In this document: positions 1 to 7,952 of the stretch, piece by piece
Layout of the letters: each line of letters begins with the position of its first letter
Numbering within the stretch: the stretch's first letter is position 1
Assembly: GCA_041651355.1 (NCBI GenBank)
Contig: JBAZJK010000001.1
Span: 37,883-101,882 of the forward strand
Reading direction: 5' to 3'
From: Patescibacteria group bacterium
GTDB taxonomy: Bacteria; Patescibacteriota; Patescibacteriia; Patescibacteriales; UBA12465
Length of the DNA: 64,000 bases
The notes under the pieces: generated by a model
Told to the model about the DNA's origin: nothing
What the model saw: only the letters and a program-made list of their open reading frames with translations
Databases searched by the model: none
Program-made: the position numbers and the translations under genes

Positions 1-778
1 CTAAAACGAGGGCGAAATTAGACTTTTGGGGCAAATTTATTTCCCAGCGCTGATTCTTTTCTCCAAAATAATCATTTTTCCCAAGACTGACAATCATCTC
101 TTTGGGTGATTTACAGATAAATTTAGCGTGCCTGGCCGCACCCTCGGGATAGGCGCGCAAGCTAGCGTAGGGCCCAAAGAGTTCGTCATTCTTAACATTC
201 AGCATATCGACGATCGCCTTGTATTTATCTGGCAGGATAAAAGTGAAGAAGGATTGTTTCTTGAAACTACTAGGAACATTTAGACGAGAAATGAAATCTT
301 TTATCGCTTTAGGGTCCTCTTTAGTGGAACTTAGGATCATTCCTAGGTAGGTAGAGAAATTATAAGAATAAGGTTCAGCTATTTTTCGGAAACAGAAAAC
401 CTGATCGGCGATTTTAGCTCCGCTGGACTCAGCGTTGCAAGTTAGAAGGCTAGTTTTGAGCCCAGCTTTCTGGGCGGCTTTTATCTCCCAGATGGAATCT
501 TTTTCTCCGGAAGCTGAAATAATGATCGCTTCTTTGATAGTTCCTTGCTTTATTAGATGGCGATAAGTTTTGAGTGCATCCTTAAAACTGCCCTCATCTG
601 CCAGGAAGGCGGATTGTCCATGAAATAGCATGCGCCCGGTGTTATAAGCATTTACGCTGCCGACGACGAAGCGAGTCGAGCCTTTTGTTAAACTAAGCCT
701 GGGCGGTTTGTTTTTTTGGAAAAAGTCCAAGCCGGCCAAGACGATATTATCTAGATTGGGGATATTTTTTGAAAGCAT
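1..778 (-). CDS. Hypothetical protein with SIS (sugar-isomerase)-like pattern; its 3' end runs off the window
   Basis: This ORF is absent from the supplied track because it has no stop inside the window. ATG at 778 on the minus strand stays open to position 1 (MLSKNIPNLDNIVLAGLDFFQKNKPP...). The segment AIIISASGEKDSIWEIKAAQKAGLKTSLLTCN resembles the SIS phosphosugar-binding loop/helix pattern. Confidence 0.45.
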   Translation of the reverse strand, partial: MLSKNIPNLDNIVLAGLDFFQKNKPPRLSLTKGSTRFVVGSVNAYNTGRMLFHGQSAFLADEGSFKDALKTYRHLIKQGTIKEAIIISASGEKDSIWEIKAAQKAGLKTSLLTCNAESSGAKIADQVFCFRKIAEPYSYNFSTYLGMILSSTKEDPKAIKDFISRLNVPSSFKKQSFFTFILPDKYKAIVDMLNVKNDELFGPYASLRAYPEGAARHAKFICKSPKEMIVSLGKNDYFGEKNQRWEINLPQKSNFALVL

Positions 779-906
779 AAATTTATTATTTAAACCTCGC
801 CTTTTCATTATAATTTAGATTGATTTTTATTTCAATTTGCGCTAAAGTCAAGTTAGAAAATCAAGTTTTTATTTGTTTTTAATTTACCCTTAAAACCTTT
901 TATTTT

Positions 907-1629
907 ATGTCCGGACACTCAAAATGGGCGACTACTCATCGTCAAAAGGCCATAGTCGACGCTAAGCGCGGCGCGGTTTTTACCAAGATGGCTAATATTA
1001 TCACGATTGCCGCCAGGGAGAGAGGCGGAGACCCGAATGCTAATGCCAGCCTGAGATTAGCGATTGACCGTGCTCGGGCCGCAAATATGCCTAAAGATAA
1101 TATTGAGCGAGCAATTAAACGTGGTACAGGTGAGCTCGGCGGCGCTCAGGTAGAAGAGTTGTATTATGAAGCTTTAGGCCCGGCTGGCGTCCAGTTCGTA
1201 GTCAAATGTTTGACCGATAACCGTAATCGCAGCGCTTCGGCTGTTAGGCATCTTTTTACTAAAGTCGGCGGCGCCTTTGGAGCTGTGCTTTGGAATTTTC
1301 AGCAACTAGGGGTAGTCAGGATCGACCAGGAAGAAATAGCTGGCAAGGGAGTTGATATGGAAAATTTCGAATTAGAGCTCATCGATCAGGGAGCAAGCGA
1401 CCTAATCAAAGAAACAGAAGGTATAAGCATCTATACTGATCCGAAAGATTTACACAAGGTTCGGGAATTTATTGAAAAGAAAGGCTTGAAAGTGGCTAGC
1501 GCTGATTTGGAGTATGTAGCCAAAGAAAAAGTGAGTCTAGACCGTTCAGACCAGGAGAAAATTGATAAGCTAATGGATGAGCTGGAAGATAATGAAGATA
1601 TCAATGACTATTATACTAACTTAGCTTAA
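907..1629 (+). CDS. yebC: YebC/PmpR-family (TACO1-like) DNA-binding regulator
   Basis: The N-terminus MSGHSKWATTHRQKA and the motif NMPKDNIERAIKRG are hallmarks of the YebC family. The 240-aa length is typical. Confidence 0.9.
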   Translation: MSGHSKWATTHRQKAIVDAKRGAVFTKMANIITIAARERGGDPNANASLRLAIDRARAANMPKDNIERAIKRGTGELGGAQVEELYYEALGPAGVQFVVKCLTDNRNRSASAVRHLFTKVGGAFGAVLWNFQQLGVVRIDQEEIAGKGVDMENFELELIDQGASDLIKETEGISIYTDPKDLHKVREFIEKKGLKVASADLEYVAKEKVSLDRSDQEKIDKLMDELEDNEDINDYYTNLA

Positions 1630-1642
1630 GTATCATCTTCTC

Positions 1643-2131
1643 ATGTCTAAGATAATCTTAGGAATAGATCCGGGCATTGCCGATACCGGCTACGGTTTTG
1701 TCAAAGCCGAAGGTTCAAGCCTGACTTGTTTGGCTTACGGTTCGATTAAGACGCCGGCTCATGCCGAATTGGCCGACCGCTTGGCTGAGCTATATAAGGA
1801 TTTGGATAAATTAATAGAGAAGTATAAGCCGCAATTAGCCGCTGTTGAGGAATTATTTTTTAATAAGAACGTAAGGACGGCATTGATAGTCGGTCAGGCT
1901 CGTGGTGTGGCTCTCTTAGCTTTAAGGCATAATCAAGTACCGCTTTTAAGCTTTACGCCTTCACAAGTCAAACAGGCAGTGTCCGCTTATGGACAAGCTT
2001 CTAAATTGCAAGTCCAAAAAATGGTCAAACTGATTTTAAATTTAAAAGAACTGCCCCAGCCAGATGACGCCGCTGATGCTTTGGCGGTGGCAGTCTGCGC
2101 TCTAAACCATCGTTTATGCCTAAAAAATTAA
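1643..2131 (+). CDS. ruvC: Holliday junction resolvase RuvC
   Basis: ILGIDPGIADTGYGFV contains the catalytic Asp, and DAADALAVAVC lies at the C-terminus. The 162-aa length fits, and the yebC-ruvC adjacency is common. Confidence 0.9.
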   Translation: MSKIILGIDPGIADTGYGFVKAEGSSLTCLAYGSIKTPAHAELADRLAELYKDLDKLIEKYKPQLAAVEELFFNKNVRTALIVGQARGVALLALRHNQVPLLSFTPSQVKQAVSAYGQASKLQVQKMVKLILNLKELPQPDDAADALAVAVCALNHRLCLKN

Positions 2132-3591
2132 AAATAATCCATATCAGTTCCGAGGTTGCTCCTTTTTCTAAGACTGGCGGCCTCGCTGATGTGGCACGTA
2201 GTCTGCCCAAAGCCTTACATCGTTTGGGCCATCAAGTCAGGATCATCACTCCTCTCTACGGGCAGATGATCGACAAAAAAAAGAACAAGCTCAAGCTCTT
2301 ATTTGCAAACGTTCCCGTTTTTTTGAACTCAGCCGAATCTATCAAGGTTAACTATTGGCAATCTGAGCTTTTACCGGGCCTGCCTGTCTATTTTATCGAG
2401 AATAAGAAATATTTTTCTAAGCATAAGCGTTTGTATGGTTCTAGCCACGAAAACGCTCGTTTTTTAGTTTTTAATATCGCCGCTTTAAAATTAATCTCTT
2501 TGCTTAAGTTCCCGGCGGATATCGTCCATTGCCACGATTGGCAGACAGGTTTGATCCCTTATTACCTCAAGACTGATTTCCGCTATTCCAAGACCCTGAA
2601 GAATGCCAAGACTATTTTCACCATCCATAACCTTATTTTCCAATTAGGTCATAACTGGTGGGAAATCCCTCCGGAAAAGAAGGATTATGGTCGCACCCGG
2701 ATTCCCCATCTAAGCGATCCCAATCTAGAGAATATTAATTTTGCCAAACGGGCCATCTTGTCGGCCGATATCATTAATACCGTCAGCGAACAGTATCGGG
2801 AAGAAATCATGACTAAAAAATTCGGACAGGATTTGAATCGCATTTTACTAAATCGCCAGAAGCGCCTGTTCGGGATAATCAATGGCATTGATTATAATGC
2901 TTATAACCCTCAGAATGACAAGGCGTTAGTGCGCCGCTATAATCACCAATCCCTGCTTGGCAAGTTTGATAATAAGAGGGCCTTGCAGAAGAAGTTTGGT
3001 TTGCCGCTTAACCCGGAGCTGCCGATTTTTTGCACGACTTCGCGGGTTACTTTCCAGAAAGGTTTCGCCTTGATTCTGAAAATATCACAGCAACTAATGC
3101 GTCTGGATGCCCAATTCATCATTATTGGTGCTGGAGATAAGCATTATTTGAAAGACTTGCAGAAGCTAGCTAAAAAATATCCGAAAAAACTAGTAGTTAT
3201 TCCTTCCCATGAAAAAAATCAAAAGTATGAGACCTTGGTTTACGCTGGTTCTGATTTTTTCTTGTTGCCATCCAACCATGAACCTTGTGGCATCAACCAA
3301 TTGATTGCGATGCGCTATGGCTGTGTGCCGATCGTTCGGGAAATCGGCGGGCTCTATGACACAGTAGAAAATTTTTCTGCTGGTGGCCAGAAAGGGAGCG
3401 GCTTCACCTTCAAGCACGAGGATGAGTTCGCTTTCTACGGCGCTATCATCAGGGCTCTGGAGAATTATAAAAATAAGAAACTCTGGCCCAGCCTAGTAAA
3501 ACGGGTAATGAAGCAATCTAACAGCTGGGAAATACCAGCTAAAAAATATTTAGAGTTATATAAGAAAGTTTTAAAGGCGGACAAAGCCTAA
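2116..3591 (+). CDS. glgA: Glycogen/starch synthase (GT5)
   Basis: KIIHISSEVAPFSKTGGLADV matches the KTGGL motif. Also present are HCHDWQTGLIP and the C-terminal EPCGINQLIAMRYG. The gene overlaps ruvC by 16 nt. Confidence 0.9.
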   Translation: MPKKLKIIHISSEVAPFSKTGGLADVARSLPKALHRLGHQVRIITPLYGQMIDKKKNKLKLLFANVPVFLNSAESIKVNYWQSELLPGLPVYFIENKKYFSKHKRLYGSSHENARFLVFNIAALKLISLLKFPADIVHCHDWQTGLIPYYLKTDFRYSKTLKNAKTIFTIHNLIFQLGHNWWEIPPEKKDYGRTRIPHLSDPNLENINFAKRAILSADIINTVSEQYREEIMTKKFGQDLNRILLNRQKRLFGIINGIDYNAYNPQNDKALVRRYNHQSLLGKFDNKRALQKKFGLPLNPELPIFCTTSRVTFQKGFALILKISQQLMRLDAQFIIIGAGDKHYLKDLQKLAKKYPKKLVVIPSHEKNQKYETLVYAGSDFFLLPSNHEPCGINQLIAMRYGCVPIVREIGGLYDTVENFSAGGQKGSGFTFKHEDEFAFYGAIIRALENYKNKKLWPSLVKRVMKQSNSWEIPAKKYLELYKKVLKADKA

Positions 3592-3595
3592 ATTT

Positions 3596-4759
3596 ATGTT
3601 GTGGCTTAATTTTCTCCATCTATACCAACCAGCTAATCTAGATCCCTATTACATCAAGGAGGCGGCTGATAAGAGCTATCGCCGTTTGGTTAATCTCTTA
3701 GAAGAGCATCCCCGTTTGAAATTTACCATAAATATCAGTGCCTGCCTCTTGGATCGTTTAGCTGATATCGGCTATCAAGACCTGTTGCTCCGTTTGCAAA
3801 AATTAATTTGTCGCGGCCAGATCGAGCTTGTCGGCTCGGCTGCTTATCACGCTTTTCTTCCTCTCTTACCCGACCAAGAGATTATCAAACAGATTAAGGA
3901 GCAAGAACAGATAATAAAAAAGTATTTCGGCCCGGTCAAGTTAAAAGGTTTTTTCTCTCCGGAGATGGCTTATAGCCATAAATTGGGGCGTATCATCAAA
4001 TCTCTTGGATATAAATGGCTGATATTAGACGAGATAGCTTTTAATGGTAAATTAAATGCTAATCTAGATTTTAGTCGCGTTTATTTAGATAAGAATAGCG
4101 GTTTGAAAATTATTTTCCGTGACCGGAAGCTCTCTAATTCCTATGTCCCAGATTCGATTTTAACCCTGCTTAAAGAGGAAAAGAAAAGTATAGCTATCAG
4201 CGCTACCGATGGCGAACTGTATGGCCTGCGCCATGAAGACCCGACGGCCGAGTTAGAGAAATTAGCAAAAGCCAATAATTTGCAGAGCCAAATTATTTCT
4301 GAATTCATCGCGGATTTTCCCGCGAAATCTTTAGTTTCCGTCAATTTGCGTCCCTCGACCTGGGAATCGACCCCGGCCGAACTGCGCTGGCGCCGACCCT
4401 TCTGGCTTTGGCGGGCACCCCAAAACAAGATCCATTCTTATACTTGGCGCTTGGCTGAGCTAGCTATGGATCTTGATGAAAGCTATCAGAAGGATAAGAA
4501 TCATTATTATTGCCGCTGGCATTTGGTTAGAGGTTTGGCTAGCTGTACTTTCTGGTGGGCCAGCGGTCGTAATTTTTCCCATAATTTCGGCCCCTTAGCC
4601 TGGAGTCCGGACGAAGTCGAGCGCGGCCTGAACGACCTGATCCGTTCCGTGCGTTCTCTTCAGGATCCCCGGACTAAAAACGCTAAAATCAAGGCAGAAA
4701 AATTATATATCAAAGCCAAGGGCTTGCTGTGGCGCCGCCACTGGGAGAAATATTTTTAA
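3596..4759 (+). CDS. Glycoside hydrolase family 57 protein (alpha-glucan active)
   Basis: GH57 conserved regions are visible by eye: LHLYQP, GQIELVGSAAYHAFLPLL, SPEMAYS (candidate nucleophile Glu) and TDGELYGLRH. Confidence 0.75.
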   Translation: MLWLNFLHLYQPANLDPYYIKEAADKSYRRLVNLLEEHPRLKFTINISACLLDRLADIGYQDLLLRLQKLICRGQIELVGSAAYHAFLPLLPDQEIIKQIKEQEQIIKKYFGPVKLKGFFSPEMAYSHKLGRIIKSLGYKWLILDEIAFNGKLNANLDFSRVYLDKNSGLKIIFRDRKLSNSYVPDSILTLLKEEKKSIAISATDGELYGLRHEDPTAELEKLAKANNLQSQIISEFIADFPAKSLVSVNLRPSTWESTPAELRWRRPFWLWRAPQNKIHSYTWRLAELAMDLDESYQKDKNHYYCRWHLVRGLASCTFWWASGRNFSHNFGPLAWSPDEVERGLNDLIRSVRSLQDPRTKNAKIKAEKLYIKAKGLLWRRHWEKYF

Positions 4760-4763
4760 ATCT

Positions 4764-5792
4764 ATGAATAAAGGTAATTTATTATTCGATGAGAAATACT
4801 TGAACGATTTATTTATTAAGGAAATTTTGCCGCTTTATCCTGATTTCGTGAGCATAGAAAAGATCGAGGTCAAGCCTTATAAGAAATTGATGTGGGAGAC
4901 CACTTACCATTTAGTAGTTAAATATTTAACTCATTTCATTAATCATGAAGGGGAAGTTGTTAAGGTGCCGATAGTAGCGACAGCCCATAGCAGCGAAGAA
5001 AGGGAAAATGTTTTTTTAACCCTATCTTATTTATGGGAACACCATTTAGCTGATCGGGAAATCAGCTTGCCTCGGCCTTTGTTTTATCATTCGGATTTAA
5101 GAGCAACTTTTTATCGGGCGATCGAAGGGCGGAATCTCTTATATTTTATAAAAGACCAAGCTTGGCCAGAGATCGAAGATGGCGTAATTAAAGCGGCCAG
5201 GCTGTTTGCCAAGCTCCACTCCTTACCTTTGGAGGGAGGCTATCAATTCAATCTCGATAACGCTAGGGTAGCTACGGTTTTGCCAGGAGTAGAGTTTACT
5301 TTGAATGAACTTAAGTCTCGTTTTTCTGGGCGTTATTTTGATTTTATAAAATCAGCTTATGAAGTTATCATCGCCAAAGAAAATAACTTCTTAGACAATA
5401 CTTCTCAGCGTTGGCTAGTCCATGGTGATGCTCACCCCGAGAATCTTATTAAGCTGCCTTCGGGTAAGATCGGCTTAATCGATTTTACTGATTTTTGTCG
5501 GGCTGATTTCGCTCGGGATCTAGGCGCCTTCAGTCAGCAACTTGAATACAAGATTATCACCAAGGCGAAGTATGTGGCTGAGGCGGGAAAAATGAAAGAC
5601 CTTTTTATTAGTGAATATTTTAAGAACTCGCAATTAAAATTAACCCCAGAGATAGCTGAGCGAATAGCCTTGTATTATAATTTTGCCTCCTTGCGCACCA
5701 CTGTTTATTGGTTGTTAAAGCATGATTGCGACCCGAGTCGAGCTGAATTCTTGATAGATAATATCAGGCGAAGCCTAAACTTGAAAGTTTAA
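4764..5792 (+). CDS. APH/ChoK-type phosphotransferase (kinase-like), substrate unknown
   Basis: WLVHGDAHPENLI (catalytic loop HGDxxxxN) followed by GLIDFTDF (DF metal-binding motif). Confidence 0.6.
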   Translation: MNKGNLLFDEKYLNDLFIKEILPLYPDFVSIEKIEVKPYKKLMWETTYHLVVKYLTHFINHEGEVVKVPIVATAHSSEERENVFLTLSYLWEHHLADREISLPRPLFYHSDLRATFYRAIEGRNLLYFIKDQAWPEIEDGVIKAARLFAKLHSLPLEGGYQFNLDNARVATVLPGVEFTLNELKSRFSGRYFDFIKSAYEVIIAKENNFLDNTSQRWLVHGDAHPENLIKLPSGKIGLIDFTDFCRADFARDLGAFSQQLEYKIITKAKYVAEAGKMKDLFISEYFKNSQLKLTPEIAERIALYYNFASLRTTVYWLLKHDCDPSRAEFLIDNIRRSLNLKV

Positions 5793-5795
5793 GTT

Positions 5796-6836
5796 ATGTC
5801 TTTAGATAAGAAAAAAATCAAGATCGCTCACGTCCATGTTTGGGACCAGAAAAATAAAGGAGACGTGGCTATAGTTTTAGCTGTCCAAGAGCTGCTGAGG
5901 AAAAAATTTCCGGCTAGCCGGATTTTAGATTTTCCCGTTGAGACCCTCAAGGAATACGACCAGAAAAAGATTGACCGTATCAACCAAAGCGATGTACTTA
6001 TCTTCGGCGGCGGCGGTTTATTTTATCATTATTTTTTGCCCTATAACCTTAGAGTGATCGCAGCCATCAAGGTGCCGATAATCATTTTCGGTGTCGGCTA
6101 TATCCAGGAAATCGGCGCCTCAGGATTAGACGCTACCAAGCTCCATAGCTTGTTGGCTTTGGCCAAGAAAGCCAAGCTAGTCGGAGTGCGCGATTTTTAT
6201 ACTAAGAATTTTTTGTTAAGAAACAAGATGAGTGCTAGGAAGATAGAGCTGATTGGCGATCCAGCCACTTTGCTGAGCGAACAGGTTCCTATGGTTTCTA
6301 TCCCTAAAGACCGAGTGAAGATAGGTTTGAATTTGAATTATTCTGGTTGGCTTGGTTTTGGTCAGTGGCAGGATGATATTCTCAAGGCTTATCAGGATTT
6401 AGCAAATTATTTTATCAAGGAATATAAAGCCAAGGTTTATTATCTTAAACATCATCCCGGGGAAGATAATATTTATCGCGCTTTAAAGATACCGCGTTTG
6501 GAAGTAATTGACTTATCGCCTCGGGAACAAAAATATGTTTACGGCCAATTAGACCTGGTTGTCGGCATGATGCTCCATGTCGGGGTTATGTCTTTCGGTG
6601 CCTTGACCCCAGAAATAAATGTCGCCTATGATTTGCGTAATTATAGTTTTGCCCGGTTTATCAATTGTCCTGAATTGGTAATCGACCTAGAAAAATTAAA
6701 GCATGGGGAGCTGCTTAAAAGCGCAAAAACAGTCTGGTCCGGGCGTGACGCTTATATCAAGAAATTCGAACGTCGGCGGCGGTTTATCAGAGAACAGCAG
6801 TTAGCGTTTCTAGATAAGATAGCCAGTCTTTTTTAA
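5796..6836 (+). CDS. Polysaccharide pyruvyl transferase-family protein (putative)
   Basis: N-terminal HVWDQKNKGDVAIVLA (NxGD motif), then FGGGGLF and VGVRD motifs typical of the PS_pyruv_trans family. This is a by-eye call. Confidence 0.5.
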   Translation: MSLDKKKIKIAHVHVWDQKNKGDVAIVLAVQELLRKKFPASRILDFPVETLKEYDQKKIDRINQSDVLIFGGGGLFYHYFLPYNLRVIAAIKVPIIIFGVGYIQEIGASGLDATKLHSLLALAKKAKLVGVRDFYTKNFLLRNKMSARKIELIGDPATLLSEQVPMVSIPKDRVKIGLNLNYSGWLGFGQWQDDILKAYQDLANYFIKEYKAKVYYLKHHPGEDNIYRALKIPRLEVIDLSPREQKYVYGQLDLVVGMMLHVGVMSFGALTPEINVAYDLRNYSFARFINCPELVIDLEKLKHGELLKSAKTVWSGRDAYIKKFERRRRFIREQQLAFLDKIASLF

Positions 6837-6842
6837 AAATAT

Positions 6843-7859
6843 ATGCTAGGTAAAGATTTTTCTAAAACTGCCGGTTTCTGGCCGGTATTAGCCGCCCTTT
6901 TGGGTAATTTTTTTGTTGGTATCGCCAAGTTTTTCGGTTTCTTAGTATCAGGTTCCGGCGCCCTCTTCTCTGAGTCCATCCATAGTTTGGCAGATACCGC
7001 TAACCAGTCGCTTCTTATTATCGGCGTTCGCCGCTCGGTGAAACAACCCACAAAGCTTTTTCCTTATGGCTATGGTCGGGAAAGATTTATCTTTGCTCTA
7101 ATCTCGGCTTGCGGCATCTTTTTTATCGGCTGTGGTATAACTGTTTATCATGGCTTGAATTCTTTGATCCATCCTGATTTGGTTCACTTTAAGCCGGTTA
7201 CTCTTTATATCTTGTTTTTAGCCTTATTGATCGAATCCGGCACCCTATGGTTGGCAATCAGAGACATTAGAAAGCATTTCCCTAAAAGCAAATTAAAGAT
7301 TATTTTGAGGGAAGCGGATCCAACCACCTTAGCTGTCGTCTATGAGGACGGCTTGGCCGTCATCGGCGTTTTAGTAGCCTTAGCTAGTATCGTCCTAACT
7401 TATATGACTGGCCAAGTTTATTGGGATGCCATCGGCTCGATTATCATCGGGTTGCTTTTAGGGGTGGCTGCCATCATCCTGATTAATAAGAATCGTCATT
7501 ATCTGATTACCAAGTCTATTCCCAAAGGCCTGGAAGACGAGCTGATTGAGTTGATCGAAAGCGATCCTTTCGTGGAAAAAGTTTCTGATTTTAAATCAGC
7601 CATCTTGGACGTTGATAAGTATCTGATTAAATGCGATATCGAGTTTAACGCCTCAGCCTTGGCAAAAGAACTTTCAGAGCATGGTTTTTTAGAGGACGAG
7701 TATGAAGAGGTTAAGGAAAGCTATCAGAATTTCATGAAATTTTGCGTTGAATATGCTGACCGTGTTCCTAGGATGGTGGGACAGAAAATAGATGGCCTGG
7801 AAAAAAAGATCCGGCAATTAGTGCCTCAGGCTGTTTTTATCGATATTGAAATCAATTGA
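6843..7859 (+). CDS. Cation diffusion facilitator (CDF) metal efflux transporter
   Basis: There are about six hydrophobic segments. HSLADTANQ sits in TM2 (the CDF signature HSLxD), followed by a C-terminal cytoplasmic domain. The gene ends with TGA. Confidence 0.75.
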   Translation: MLGKDFSKTAGFWPVLAALLGNFFVGIAKFFGFLVSGSGALFSESIHSLADTANQSLLIIGVRRSVKQPTKLFPYGYGRERFIFALISACGIFFIGCGITVYHGLNSLIHPDLVHFKPVTLYILFLALLIESGTLWLAIRDIRKHFPKSKLKIILREADPTTLAVVYEDGLAVIGVLVALASIVLTYMTGQVYWDAIGSIIIGLLLGVAAIILINKNRHYLITKSIPKGLEDELIELIESDPFVEKVSDFKSAILDVDKYLIKCDIEFNASALAKELSEHGFLEDEYEEVKESYQNFMKFCVEYADRVPRMVGQKIDGLEKKIRQLVPQAVFIDIEIN

Positions 7860-7910
7860 TTCTTTGGTTTTTTTTTGCAAAATACTCCGCTTTTTTAATA
7901 GAATCGCCTG

Positions 7911-7919
7911 TGTTATACT
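7911..7919 (+). promoter_or_regulatory. Candidate extended -10 promoter element upstream of ftsK
   Basis: The sequence tgtTATACT (TGnTATACT) lies 34 nt upstream of the ftsK ATG. No convincing -35 element is present. Confidence 0.3.
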
Positions 7920-7952
7920 AAATAAAGGTAAAAATATTTTAAGTCTGAATAT

